A stretch of 64,000 nt of DNA from Gammaproteobacteria bacterium (GCA_040375445.1 JBEISK010000005.1:3546-67545), one strand, 5' to 3'. Numbered from the stretch's first letter, positions 27,649 to 38,023 are shown. Notes: generated by a model from the sequence alone, not told the origin. Made by a program: numbers and translations.

Positions 27649-28842
27649 ATGAAATTTCTTACAGCAGGCGAGTCTCACGGGCCAGGTTTAACCATTTTAC
27701 TCGACAACATTCCCGCAGGTATTCCGATTTCGTCTGAATTAATTAACAACGATTTACGGCGTCGCCAAGGCGGTTACGGTCGTGGCGGTCGCATGTTGAT
27801 TGAAAAAGACACCGTACGTTTTTTGGCAGGCGTGCGTTTTGGAAAAACCACGGGCGCACCGATTGCGTTATTCATCGAAAATAAAGATCATAAAAACTGG
27901 GCAGGCATCATGGATGCAGAAGGTGAGCCTACTGATGAAAAAGCCTTCGTTCGTCCACGCCCTGGTCATGCGGATTTGGCAGGCTTTTACAAGTATGGTT
28001 TGACGGATTTACGAGATGCGCTTGAGCGAGCGTCCGCTAGAGAAACGGCGGCTCGTGTAGCGGCAGGTGGCGTGGCGAAAGCTTTATTAAAAGCCGTAGG
28101 CATTGATGTCTTTAGTTACGTGCATGTGCTAGGCGGAAAAGCCTTGCCCATTGGCGAAGGCTTAGATTACACGCAGGATGTAGACGCTTTTATTGCCTAT
28201 GTGGAAGGCAACAATCTGCGTTGTGCGAGTGATGATGCCACCCAAGTCGCCGTTCGTCAATACATTGATGAGGTTCGCAAAGCAGGGTCTACCTTAGGTG
28301 GTGAAGTGCATTGCGTGGCAACAGGCGTGCCAGCAGGTTTGGGCAGCTATGTGCAGTGGGATCGCAAGCTCGACGGGCAGTTGGCGCAAGCTGTGATGTC
28401 GATTCAAGCGGTGAAAGCTGTGGCGATTGGCGATGGTGAGCAGGGGTCTTTGGTAGACGGTTCCGTGTTTCACGATGAAATTCGTCTAAATGCCGACAAG
28501 CAGGTGGTTCGTCCCACGAATCGATCAGGGGGCTTAGAAGGCGGTGTGACCAACGGACAACCGCTTTTGGTTAAAGCGTGGATGAAGCCGATTGCGACCT
28601 TGATCAAACCCTTAATGAGTGTGAACTTAGACACGCAAGAAGAAGAAGTGGCTCACTTTGAACGCAGTGATGTGACGGCGGTTCCTGCCTGTGCGGTGGT
28701 GGTTGAAGCCATGACGGCATTGACGCTTGCCAAAGCCCTCACCGAAAAGTTTGGCATGGATCACTTGGGCGACATTCAAGCAGGGATTGCTCACTATCAA
28801 GCCCGTTTGACGCCAGCTCCTGTGGGCGAACATTCGACTTGA
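27649..28842 (+). CDS. aroC: Chorismate synthase
   Basis: TAGESHG, RRRQGGYGRGGRM, RPGHADL, ERASARETA, SGGLEGGVTNG, MKPIATL, ERSDV. Confidence 0.97.
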   Translation: MKFLTAGESHGPGLTILLDNIPAGIPISSELINNDLRRRQGGYGRGGRMLIEKDTVRFLAGVRFGKTTGAPIALFIENKDHKNWAGIMDAEGEPTDEKAFVRPRPGHADLAGFYKYGLTDLRDALERASARETAARVAAGGVAKALLKAVGIDVFSYVHVLGGKALPIGEGLDYTQDVDAFIAYVEGNNLRCASDDATQVAVRQYIDEVRKAGSTLGGEVHCVATGVPAGLGSYVQWDRKLDGQLAQAVMSIQAVKAVAIGDGEQGSLVDGSVFHDEIRLNADKQVVRPTNRSGGLEGGVTNGQPLLVKAWMKPIATLIKPLMSVNLDTQEEEVAHFERSDVTAVPACAVVVEAMTALTLAKALTEKFGMDHLGDIQAGIAHYQARLTPAPVGEHST

Positions 28843-28937
28843 ACTTTCTATTTACCTTCATGTATAGACAATCGACTTTCTTATGCTATACTAAGTGATG
28901 TGATTTACGCTTTTCTTTTTTTCAAGGTCTTTTTGTT

Positions 28938-29627
28938 ATGGCAACTCTCCCCACGATGTCTCCATACCTCCCTATCCACTGGGGAGCCTCCGTGCATCCA
29001 GCCCCTTCAGCAAGAGGGCCAATTAACGCATCCAGCAAAGTAAACACAACTTACCCTAGCTTGTACGATAAAGTCAAATCCGTGAGACAAGGTGGCGTTT
29101 TCATAACCTATGTCTTTACGCCACCGACACGAGCAAAAATGAGTAAATGTTCCATTTACCTTGAACAGGCGTTACGCCCCATATTGACTTCGCCCAATTG
29201 CATTCGCTACTTGGAAGAAGCGGGCTTCCCTGAAGTGAGGCAAGACAACCAACTCTTACATCAAGCTCAACAGCTTTTGGATTTAGCGTGCTTAACCTTG
29301 AGCATCAATAACGTACAACGCCCTACGAATTACCCCACTCCCCTTTATCGATTAAGTATTGAAATGAATGCCTACCTAAATGACCGCCCTTCAGAGATGC
29401 AAGCCCTAGGTATTAGAGGAATTTCAAACTATGATGCAGGGGTCTTCCACCAGTTGGCAACGAAGTTGCTATGGTCTGTCGGCGTTCAAGAAACCTATTT
29501 GACCATTCAGGAACAAGACAATTTGTTACATATTTTAATTGATGCCGCTCAAGCGTCTTTACGCATGTTGGTTTGGCAAAAGCAAGCCAGCAAAATTAGA
29601 AACAATTACAACCAGCCAAATTATTAA
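28938..29627 (+). CDS. Hypothetical protein, P/S/T-rich N-terminus
   Basis: 229-aa ORF, no family recognised. Confidence 0.7.
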   Translation: MATLPTMSPYLPIHWGASVHPAPSARGPINASSKVNTTYPSLYDKVKSVRQGGVFITYVFTPPTRAKMSKCSIYLEQALRPILTSPNCIRYLEEAGFPEVRQDNQLLHQAQQLLDLACLTLSINNVQRPTNYPTPLYRLSIEMNAYLNDRPSEMQALGIRGISNYDAGVFHQLATKLLWSVGVQETYLTIQEQDNLLHILIDAAQASLRMLVWQKQASKIRNNYNQPNY

Positions 29628-29844
29628 ATTTCGTAGAATGTCTTTGGCAGATCGACTATTTTAATACTGATAGCGGTTTTACAGGTGACTAAAAAGTCGT
29701 TTACTCCCTCTCCAACTCACTAAATGCCTTCACCCGATATGATGAGCCTGTAATATATTTTAATGATCTGTAAGAAAATTTCGTAAGCGTTTCCTTTTTA
29801 TTGAGTATACTGACATTATCTTTACTGCTAGAAAAGGTTCACTA

Positions 29845-30402
29845 ATGCAATTCAGACAATGGGCTTCGGCGTTTACAATTATCGAGCTTAGTATTATCAT
29901 TGCAGTCATCGGTATTATGTCAGCTGTGGTCGTCGTGATCTTTAAAAATACAGAAGAAGCTACAGACAAAGCCTCGTTAGAAGCAGGTATGTCGACCTTT
30001 CAAAATGTCTTGGTGGAAGGCAGTCAACGATCTGACGTCGCCCCTAGAAATATTGATCTACGTGCCATTCTTGCTGCGGTAGACCCTCAAGCTGCCTATG
30101 CAGGTTTTACAGGAGATGCTACCGCTTATACTACTGCAATTGCTGGTGTGCCAGCAAACACTCAATATCAATGGACGTTTAATAATGGGGCACCCCCAAC
30201 CGTAACTTTGCAGACCAAAGCTCGTCGAGCTGCTGACTGGTCAGGATCAAGAAGCCTAACCTTTCGTGTTAACGATTGTGGAACGGTTTGCCCTGTTACC
30301 TTAACTGGCTTTGACAATTATGAATTAATACCAAACACGAACACCTTTTGTGAGGCTGATCCTGTTGAACAAGACTGCAATGTGATTTTGAGAAAGCCTT
30401 AA
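29845..30402 (+). CDS. Type IV pilin-like protein
   Basis: A|FTIIELSIIIAVIGIMSAVVV class III signal (E at +5); four Cys near the C-terminus. Confidence 0.8.
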   Translation: MQFRQWASAFTIIELSIIIAVIGIMSAVVVVIFKNTEEATDKASLEAGMSTFQNVLVEGSQRSDVAPRNIDLRAILAAVDPQAAYAGFTGDATAYTTAIAGVPANTQYQWTFNNGAPPTVTLQTKARRAADWSGSRSLTFRVNDCGTVCPVTLTGFDNYELIPNTNTFCEADPVEQDCNVILRKP

Positions 30403-30476
30403 TGATATAATGCTATTTATCGGCTATACTGAAGAAGTGTCCGCAACAGGGGATTTATTTTGTGACGTTTCCATCG

Positions 30477-30962
30477 ATGCCTGCTTATTTTAACGCCTTT
30501 ACCCGTCTTGAAATGGGAGTAAGCGTCTTGATTATGGCGATTCTGTTTATCTTTGCTTGGGTGACCTATGAACGTGCCTTTGAAGAAACCGATGCCAAAG
30601 CCCTTCAGCAAAAGCTTCTTGACTTTCAAAACGCTTTGATCGAAGGCGGCCAACGTAGCAATCTTCCCCCTAAAGACTTAGACCTCAAAATGGTCATAGA
30701 AACCATGCCTGTTGAACCCTTCTACCAATGGAAAAACCTAGACGATTCAGGTGTCGATCAACGCATTGAATTGCGTATGACTCCAAAGAACCGTCCTTCA
30801 TTGACTGAACTACGTGCGCTCACGTTTCGGGTGAGTGATTGTGGAGATGTTTGCCTCGTTACCTTAACAAACTTTAGTTATTACCACCTTAGTCCCAATC
30901 CTAATGCCAGTTGCCCTGAAGACCCTGTTTCAACGGTGTGCAATTACTTGTCTAATGAATAG
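30477..30962 (+). CDS. Type IV pilin-like protein, paralog of upstream gene
   Basis: A|FTRLEMGVSVLIMAILF; shares FQN.L.EG.QRS...P...DL and LTFRV.DCG.VC motifs with 29845. Confidence 0.72.
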   Translation: MPAYFNAFTRLEMGVSVLIMAILFIFAWVTYERAFEETDAKALQQKLLDFQNALIEGGQRSNLPPKDLDLKMVIETMPVEPFYQWKNLDDSGVDQRIELRMTPKNRPSLTELRALTFRVSDCGDVCLVTLTNFSYYHLSPNPNASCPEDPVSTVCNYLSNE

Positions 30963-30985
30963 GAAGTGATAAATAGGAAACTCTT

Positions 30986-33019
30986 ATGTTTGATGCGTCG
31001 ATTGCAAGTGTTTTACTGGTAGCAACCGGAGTTGCCACCCTTTTTCACTCCCTAAAACTACCCCCTGTCTTAGGCTTTATGCTCGTGGGAACGTTAACAG
31101 GTCCTTATGGACTTAAATGGATGCAAGATCAAGCCACCGTAGACGGTATGGCAGAACTTGGTTTGATTTTCTTGCTCTTTATGGTGGGCTTAGAACTTTC
31201 GCCAGCCAAGCTAAAACGGATGAAAAATACCGCCTTAAGTGTCGGGGTTCGTTACATGTGCTTAGGTACCCTTGTCTTAGGAACTGGGTTACTCGCTTTA
31301 CAAGCACCACCATTACTGGCTTATGTGTTAGGAGGCGTCTTAAGCCTTAGCTCAACGGCTTTGGTCATTAAATGTTTGGAAGATGCACAAGCCATGACAA
31401 GCACGGTGGGACGTGTGACACTCGGCACCCTTATTGTTCAAGATATTACGGTGATCCCCCTTTTATTGCTGGCACCTGTAGTACTTAAAGTCTACGGAGG
31501 AGGCGATGTAAACATTACATTGCTCGTGTGGGACTTAAGCAAAGCCCTTTTAGTTTTGGTGGCAACTGTGGCCTTAAGCTTCCACTTTATACCTAAATTG
31601 GTAGATAAATTGGCACAAGCCCGAAATCGTGAACTCTTTACCTTGTCTGTATTTAGTTTAGGAATTGGCATGGCGTTCTTCACCTATTGGCTGGGTTTGA
31701 GCCTTGAAGCTGGTGCCTTTGTGGGGGGACTCGCCTTAAGCGGAAGCCTTTATAGCAAGCAAGTCTTGAGTGACAGCCGTCCCTTTCGGGATGTCTTTGC
31801 CTCTGTCTTTTTTGTTTCATTAGGGGCTTTACTCAACTGGGATGTCTTAAGTTCACAATGGCTCCAGATTCTAGGCTTGTGTGTGACTATTTTAGGACTC
31901 AAAACCATTGTAGGCATCGTCGTGGCCAAGCAAGCCAAACTTTCATGGAAGGTCGCTATTTCATCCGCCTTGCTCTTATTTCAAGTGGGTGAACTTTCTT
32001 TCATGGTGCTTCATCATCTCAAAGACGGCGTGCAAAACGCGCCACTTCTCCTAGCATGGAGCCAGCAATGGATGGATGCCTTCATTCACGCCATTATCTT
32101 AAGCCTATGGGTGACGCCTTTACTAAGCCGCTTTTTATTTTCGCATGGGCAAGCATGGCTTTCAAAATTCACCGACAGGTGGGATCATGCCGATCTCCTT
32201 GAAGAACAACGCCATACCTTAGCTGACGCCAAAGGACAAAAACAATTAGAAAAAAGTACGGTTTTAATAGTGGGTTACGGACCTGTGGCTCAACAGCTTG
32301 CTGAAGCCTTGCGTTCTGAACATATTGCTTACCATGTACTTGAACATAATGCCGTCACCGTTAAAAGCTTAAAAGAAGAAGGGATTTCGGCGATTTATGG
32401 GGATGCCACATCCCCTCACGTTTTAGAATCAGCAGGAGTCAAATCCGTCGATTTATTGGTGGTCACGGTTCCCATTGTCCATGTGGCAACTTCCATTCTC
32501 TTTCATGCCCGAGCACTCAAACCTGAACTGACGATTGTGGCACGAGCCAAATATCGTACGGATGTCTCCCCCCTGTATGAAGCAGGAGCGGATGCTGTTA
32601 TTTACGATGAACTCGAATCGGGGCATCGTTTTATTCATTATAGCTTACTCAAATTGGGCTTTTCCATGCAAGAATCGCATAGCATGGGCTTATTGTTAAG
32701 GCAGCAATTTGAAGGGGAGTTCCATCCCCCTGAAATAAGTGGTACCTTACCTGAACATTCTAGTCGCTTGGCTCTAGTGGGAGACACCTTACTAGAATGG
32801 ATGCCTGTCCCCAAAGGGTCACCCCTTATTTGCCAAAGCCTGGAAGGGACGAAGCTAAGACAACGCACAGGCGTCAATATCGTGTCCATTATTCAAGGAG
32901 ACACCCTTGAGCGACATGATGCCACAGCCAAAAGCGTCCTAAACGCAGGGGATGTACTCATTGCTATCGGAAAGGCCTCTCAACTGGATACCTTACGAGA
33001 GACCTTAAATAACATTTAA
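30986..33019 (+). CDS. CPA2/Kef-type cation:proton antiporter with TrkA-N and TrkA-C domains
   Basis: AELGLIFLLFMVGLE, LSSTA, LIVQDI, FQVGELSF, VLIVGYGPVA, YGDAT, LRQRTGVNIVSI. Confidence 0.93.
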   Translation: MFDASIASVLLVATGVATLFHSLKLPPVLGFMLVGTLTGPYGLKWMQDQATVDGMAELGLIFLLFMVGLELSPAKLKRMKNTALSVGVRYMCLGTLVLGTGLLALQAPPLLAYVLGGVLSLSSTALVIKCLEDAQAMTSTVGRVTLGTLIVQDITVIPLLLLAPVVLKVYGGGDVNITLLVWDLSKALLVLVATVALSFHFIPKLVDKLAQARNRELFTLSVFSLGIGMAFFTYWLGLSLEAGAFVGGLALSGSLYSKQVLSDSRPFRDVFASVFFVSLGALLNWDVLSSQWLQILGLCVTILGLKTIVGIVVAKQAKLSWKVAISSALLLFQVGELSFMVLHHLKDGVQNAPLLLAWSQQWMDAFIHAIILSLWVTPLLSRFLFSHGQAWLSKFTDRWDHADLLEEQRHTLADAKGQKQLEKSTVLIVGYGPVAQQLAEALRSEHIAYHVLEHNAVTVKSLKEEGISAIYGDATSPHVLESAGVKSVDLLVVTVPIVHVATSILFHARALKPELTIVARAKYRTDVSPLYEAGADAVIYDELESGHRFIHYSLLKLGFSMQESHSMGLLLRQQFEGEFHPPEISGTLPEHSSRLALVGDTLLEWMPVPKGSPLICQSLEGTKLRQRTGVNIVSIIQGDTLERHDATAKSVLNAGDVLIAIGKASQLDTLRETLNNI

Positions 33020-33450
33020 TTGGTATTCGTAGATTTAGCAGTCGCCTTTGTAGGGGACTTTGCTTTTGAAACCGCGGGTGTTTCAAGATCTTTAACGATG
33101 GCCTCTTTCACCGCATCAACAGCATCTCGCTTAAGTTTAACAGGAATACTTGCCATTAACGCCACTTGATTCGTTTCAGGATCCGTCTCTAAGTTCAGCT
33201 CAATATCTTGCTTGTCAATTTCAATATACTTTGAAATAACCGTCACAAGCTCATCTCGCATGGCTTCAATCACATGCGGTTCAAGTTGCGTACGGTCATG
33301 CATTAACACCAAACGCAGACGGTTATAGGCAGAAGAGCGCCCTGAATTACTCGCATCATCGGCATCAAAGTGCTTATCTAAAGGATTTGTCGTAATGTTG
33401 GCTTGTTCTAAAGTCGTCAAACCAAATAAGTTAAGGAGTTGTTTAAACAT
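33016..33450 (-). CDS. minE: Cell division topological specificity factor MinE
   Basis: SSAYNRLRLVLMHDR..MRDELVTVISKYIEID..ALMASIPV; downstream of minD. Confidence 0.93.
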   Translation of the reverse strand: MFKQLLNLFGLTTLEQANITTNPLDKHFDADDASNSGRSSAYNRLRLVLMHDRTQLEPHVIEAMRDELVTVISKYIEIDKQDIELNLETDPETNQVALMASIPVKLKRDAVDAVKEAIVKDLETPAVSKAKSPTKATAKSTNTN

Positions 33451-33523
33451 CTGTATAGACCTTTCTATCCGTAATCGGTAAATGAGCTTTTTTCAATTAA
33501 AATAGTATCACATTTTAATTGAC

Positions 33524-34399
33524 TTACGCTTGCTTACGACTCCCCTTAAATAAGGCTTTTAACTTGTCTACCCATGAATCAGGTTCATCCAGATTCAAGA
33601 ACGGTACGTCTTCTCCCGCAATGCGTTTCGCTACATTACGGTACGCTTGGCCAGACACACTTTCTTCGATGTTCACCACAGGCTCGCCACGGTTAGTGCT
33701 AATGATAATATCCTTGTCTTCAGGAATCTGCCCCAACAGACGGATGGATAAAATCTCTAACACATCTTCAGTAGACATCATATCATTCATCTTCACCAAG
33801 GCAGGACGCACACGGTTGAGTACCAAGCGATAGTCTTCAATCGTGTTTTTCGCTTCCAGCAAGCCAATCACACGATCGGCATCCCGTACGGAAGACATTT
33901 CAGGGGTGGCGACCACAATGGCTTCATCGGCGGCGGCAATGGCGGTTTGAAAGCCTTGCTCAATGCCAGCTGGGCAATCAAGCAAAACGAAATCAGCCAC
34001 TTCACGCAGTTGCTTACAAATTTCGACCATATGCTCTTCATTCAAGGCACTTTTGTCTCGGGTTTGAGCCGCTGGCAACAGTGTCAAGTTTGGCAGGCGT
34101 TTGTCTTTTACCAAGGCTTGTTGCAAACGGCAACGCCCTTCTAAAACATCAATCAAGTTATAAACAATGCGGTTTTCAAGCCCCATTAAAATATCCAAGT
34201 TCCGCAAGCCAATATCGGTGTCAACCAACACAACTTTAAAACCTAAGCGTGCTAAACCCGTTCCAATATTGGCGGTTGTGGTGGTTTTGCCCACACCCCC
34301 TTTGCCCGAAGTCACCACAATGACTCGACCCTTGGGTTTGGCAGGCTTCTTTTTGGGGGCTTTTTCAGTGGAATCCATCAAATCTTTTTCGACTGTCAT
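33524..34399 (-). CDS. minD: Septum site-determining ATPase MinD
   Basis: VTSGKGGVGKTT, DIGLRNLD, DCPAGIEQGF, SSVRDADR, C-terminal amphipathic WVDKLKALF. Confidence 0.97.
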   Translation of the reverse strand: MTVEKDLMDSTEKAPKKKPAKPKGRVIVVTSGKGGVGKTTTTANIGTGLARLGFKVVLVDTDIGLRNLDILMGLENRIVYNLIDVLEGRCRLQQALVKDKRLPNLTLLPAAQTRDKSALNEEHMVEICKQLREVADFVLLDCPAGIEQGFQTAIAAADEAIVVATPEMSSVRDADRVIGLLEAKNTIEDYRLVLNRVRPALVKMNDMMSTEDVLEILSIRLLGQIPEDKDIIISTNRGEPVVNIEESVSGQAYRNVAKRIAGEDVPFLNLDEPDSWVDKLKALFKGSRKQA

Positions 34400-34652
34400 G
34401 GTGATACCTCGTAAATACAAAGACAAATACATTAAAATTAAGAGCAAAATGCCGTACGTATTAAACAAATTACTTAGTAACGTAACTATTTAATAGTATA
34501 CGCCAAAGGGGTTTATTTTGGTTGCGATTGTAAAGTCATTTGCTAAAGATGTTACATTTTAGGCTTATTTACAAGTCACTTAGGCAATTTATGAGAAGAC
34601 CGCTTCTTTATTTAATTAAGTCACGTTTAATCAAAAGAAAGAGTCCTCCACT

Positions 34653-35024
34653 TTGCAAGAATTATTACGCACACGTTCTATTCATTCCTTTCTGCAATAC
34701 TGCTTTGGCCTGCCTTCATGGGTGCATGGTATTTTAATGTGCGTGGCTTTAAGTGTTTATAGTATGATGTCTCCCTTGTGGGGGCTGATTAAAGCCGCCT
34801 TTTCCCCTTACTTGGATGTAAACACTTTGACGCATTCGCCCGAACAGGCGATGCAAGCCTTAACGGAATTTGCCGACTTGATTGAGTTGAATCCTGATGT
34901 CGTGCAAGACTTGCAGTTAGCGCTTATGACTTATTTGATTTTTCACCTGATTTACATGATATTCATGTGGAAGTTTACCTTGTGGACGGTGGATGTCCTT
35001 AAGGAACGAGTCCACTCTGACTAG
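34653..35024 (+). CDS. Hypothetical membrane protein
   Basis: 123-aa ORF with two hydrophobic segments; start uncertain. Confidence 0.5.
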   Translation: MQELLRTRSIHSFLQYCFGLPSWVHGILMCVALSVYSMMSPLWGLIKAAFSPYLDVNTLTHSPEQAMQALTEFADLIELNPDVVQDLQLALMTYLIFHLIYMIFMWKFTLWTVDVLKERVHSD

Positions 35025-35209
35025 ATAGAGAGCCATTTTTAGAGTTTTATGTACAGGTTGCTAGACAAGGCGCCTAGATTTTTTGTGCGGGCGTGTGGAT
35101 TAAGTTTTGTAACAATTGTTTGTGACTGGCAGGATTTAAAATTGAGGGTGTTTTATACTGATGTCTTCCCCTAGACGTTCTTGTTCAATAAAACCTAAAG
35201 GATCTAACC

Positions 35210-35795
35210 ATGTTGTCTGTCTCCTCTCCTCTCCTCTCCTAATACACCCACTCGTGTCGCAAAGGGGGCTTCTCAGTCGGCTCATCAGCAACGAGACGGA
35301 GCACTCTTTAAGGCACTAGTTAACAATACCCATCCGAATCAAAACAAAATTATTTACACTCTTCCACCCTTAATACTTAGGTTATCCCCTGATATTATTC
35401 CAGCAAACGACCAAACAGGCTTTTTCTCAAATGTCAATACTTTCCCTGGAGGTACCTCTTTTAACTTTAAGAACTTCTACAGTTTTAGGATTAAGAGTCC
35501 GACTCAGAAAGGTTGGCTTATTGCAGTGGGAGAACATTTACCCAAAGTCAGAGCTATAGATGAAATAAGCCAGACTAAAGAAATTGTCAGTGACCCAAAA
35601 TTGAAAGAAGAACTAGATTCACTAGAGATTGAATTGGTTACAGATCTAGCAAAGCAAGTCCCTAATTACACGATTAAGAACAAAGAAGGTGTGCTTACAT
35701 TGATTCGAGATATTGTTCTAAGCTTGGGGGAGCCTTGGAGTCCAGAAAACATAGAGAAGGTTATAGCCAAAATGAATGAGTATTCCTTTTCTTAA
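35210..35795 (+). pseudogene. SSR-frameshifted (putatively phase-OFF) hypothetical gene
   Basis: AAAGGA RBS + ATG 35210 reads MLSVSSPLLS*; the frame from 35241 is stop-free (NTPTRVAKG...) into ORF 35526..35795; a (CTCCT)4 tract lies at the junction. Confidence 0.75.
35221..35240 (+). repeat. Pentanucleotide SSR (CTCCT)4
   Basis: ctcctctcctctcctctcct, starting 11 nt after the A of ATG 35210. Confidence 0.9.
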
Positions 35796-35852
35796 CGATT
35801 AAAAACAGACTTCTCTCCCTCTTGGCGAAATAAAAAAGGGAGAAACGTTTGA

Positions 35853-36959
35853 CTAAACGTTAAACCTAAAGTGCATGACATCGCCGTCTTTTGCGATGTA
35901 CTCTTTGCCTTCCAAACGGAGCTTGCCTGCTTCTTTGGCCCCTTTTTCCCCTTTGCACTGCACATAATCGTCATAGGCGGTGACTTCGGCTCGAATAAAG
36001 CCTTTTTCAAAATCCGTATGAATCACCCCTGCACACTGAGGTGCCGTAAAGCCTGCTTCAAACGGCCAAGCCCGTACTTCCTTCACGCCTGCCGTAAAAT
36101 ACGTATACAAGCCCAACAAACGATACGTTTCCGTAATCAGCGAATCCACGCCACTGGCTTTGACGCCCAAACTTTCTAAGTAGCTTTGCTTTTCAGCTTC
36201 ATCATCCAACGCCGAAAGTTCCGCTTCAATTTGAGCCGAAATCGCCACCACAGGACGCCCCTCTTCTTTCGCTCGTTCCACCAACGCCTTATAATGGGGA
36301 TTCGCTAGAGGATCCGCCAATTCTTCTTCGGCGACATTGCCTGCATAAATCAAGGGTTTTACCGTCAATAAGCCTGAACGCTTTAAAAGCTCGGTTTCAT
36401 CGGCATCAAACTCATGGGCATGTTGACTAATCATTTCGCCCCCTTCTAAGAAAGGCACCAAACGTTGCATTAAAGCGAGTTCAGATTTGGCATCCGTTTC
36501 GACTTTGGCCGATTTCTGCAAACGAGGCAAGCGTTTTTCAATGGATGTCACATCCGACATGCAAAGCTCTAGCACGATGGTATCTACATCACGACAAGGG
36601 TTCACGCTATTTTCAACGTGCTGAATGTTGTCGTCTTCAAAGCAACGCACGACTTGCACAATGGCATCCACTTCTCGGATGTTCGCTAAGAATTGATTGC
36701 CCAAGCCTTCGCCTTTGGAAGCCCCTCGAACCAGTCCAGCAATATCCACAAACTCAAACACGGCAGGAATCACTCGTTCCGTTTTCACCAAGTCTTGCAA
36801 GACATACATACGAGGGTCTGGCACTTTAACGATGCCTGTATTCGGTTCAATGGTACAAAACGGGTAGTTGGCACTTTCGGCTTGAAAGGTCGAGGTAAGA
36901 GCGTTGAAGAGGGTTGATTTTCCGACGTTGGGCAATCCAACAATACCAGCTTTAAGCAT
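35853..36959 (-). CDS. ychF: Ribosome-binding ATPase YchF
   Basis: GIVGLPNVGKSTLFNALT, ANYPFCTIEPN, DIAGLVRGASKGEGLGNQFL, TGS-domain end DGDVMHFRFNV. Confidence 0.98.
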   Translation of the reverse strand: MLKAGIVGLPNVGKSTLFNALTSTFQAESANYPFCTIEPNTGIVKVPDPRMYVLQDLVKTERVIPAVFEFVDIAGLVRGASKGEGLGNQFLANIREVDAIVQVVRCFEDDNIQHVENSVNPCRDVDTIVLELCMSDVTSIEKRLPRLQKSAKVETDAKSELALMQRLVPFLEGGEMISQHAHEFDADETELLKRSGLLTVKPLIYAGNVAEEELADPLANPHYKALVERAKEEGRPVVAISAQIEAELSALDDEAEKQSYLESLGVKASGVDSLITETYRLLGLYTYFTAGVKEVRAWPFEAGFTAPQCAGVIHTDFEKGFIRAEVTAYDDYVQCKGEKGAKEAGKLRLEGKEYIAKDGDVMHFRFNV

Positions 36960-37130
36960 AAGTGTTTCCTTTATGACGTTAGAACGAGTCTAGCTTATCA
37001 AAAACAGGCGTTTTGTGAAAGCCTCTTTTTGTGGAACCCTGCATAGAAAAACAGACGCTTGTGAGGCGTCTGTTTTATTGAACTATTTATTTGTAGAATG
37101 GTTCTATTTAGTTGTCGGAAGATTGAGTCT

Positions 37131-37847
37131 CTAGTAAGGTGAATACTGTTGAGGCATTGGGCTGTAAGAACCGCCGTAGCTAGGAGGCTGTGGTTGAGGC
37201 ATGCCATATCCGCCCTGTTGAGCGTAAGGATCCATGCTGTAGCCGCCATAGCCTTGGCCCATGCCGTAGCCGCCCTGTTGAGCGTAAGGATCCATGCCGT
37301 AGCCACCGTAGCCTTGGTCCATGCCGTAGCCGCCCTGTTGAGCGTAGCCGCCGTAAGCACCATAACCGCCTTGGTAAGGTACTCCAGCAGACCAACCTTG
37401 TGGAATATAACGCGGATCGTTGAGACCCATGGTGTTGTAACCTTGAGCATCGCGACGTAAGGAAGGAAACGTGGAAATAGGTTGGAAGAATCCAGGGAAG
37501 CTTGCCGTAGTTGGGTTACTTGCCAAACCGCCTTGTTCTGGGGTTCCCCATGAACTAAGACTGAATCCAGGTGTAATAGCTGCTCCGATAACGGAAGACA
37601 AGGAGTATTCGTTACCGTACAATCCAGGGTTACCCGTAAACAAAGCAATTTGACCCGCTAAGTCACGAGATAAAGCAGCACCGACTCGGCTGATGTTTTG
37701 TGGAAGTTGTAAGCTGGAAGAAACGTTGACTAACTCACTCGAAGGAGGGTTAGCAAACTGACTGCCACCTTGCTGTCCATAAGCTTGGTAGCCTTGTGGT
37801 TGACCGTAGCCTTGTGGTTGGGCATACTGTGGGTTGTTCATATACAT
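37131..37847 (-). CDS. Gly/Tyr/Gln/Pro-rich low-complexity protein
   Basis: AGAGGA upstream; QPQGYG and YAQQGGYGMxQGYGGY repeats. Confidence 0.75.
   Translation of the reverse strand: MYMNNPQYAQPQGYGQPQGYQAYGQQGGSQFANPPSSELVNVSSSLQLPQNISRVGAALSRDLAGQIALFTGNPGLYGNEYSLSSVIGAAITPGFSLSSWGTPEQGGLASNPTTASFPGFFQPISTFPSLRRDAQGYNTMGLNDPRYIPQGWSAGVPYQGGYGAYGGYAQQGGYGMDQGYGGYGMDPYAQQGGYGMGQGYGGYSMDPYAQQGGYGMPQPQPPSYGGSYSPMPQQYSPY
37201..37346. repeat. Intragenic 60-bp tandem repeat (about 2.4 copies)
   Basis: atgcc.ta.ccgccctgttgagcgta recurs at 37201, 37261, 37321. Confidence 0.85.
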
Positions 37848-38023
37848 TGTGATTAAAAGTCCTCTATTTTCTACTCTATTGTTAAGGTGTTGTTAATGTG
37901 TTCTAAAGGTTGTGTGTCGTAAAGATAAAACCTAAGTGAAGTCTATGTGCCTAAATAAAGTATTAAGGCATAATTAAATTGACGTTTTGATACATTTTGT
38001 TACAAAATGCTGTAGAAAGCTCT

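Noticed and set aside
36998-37648. 216-aa alternative-frame ORF overlapping the G/Y/Q gene
   Set aside because: Same-strand shadow produced by the 60-bp repeat; the 37131..37847 frame has the RBS and coherent composition.
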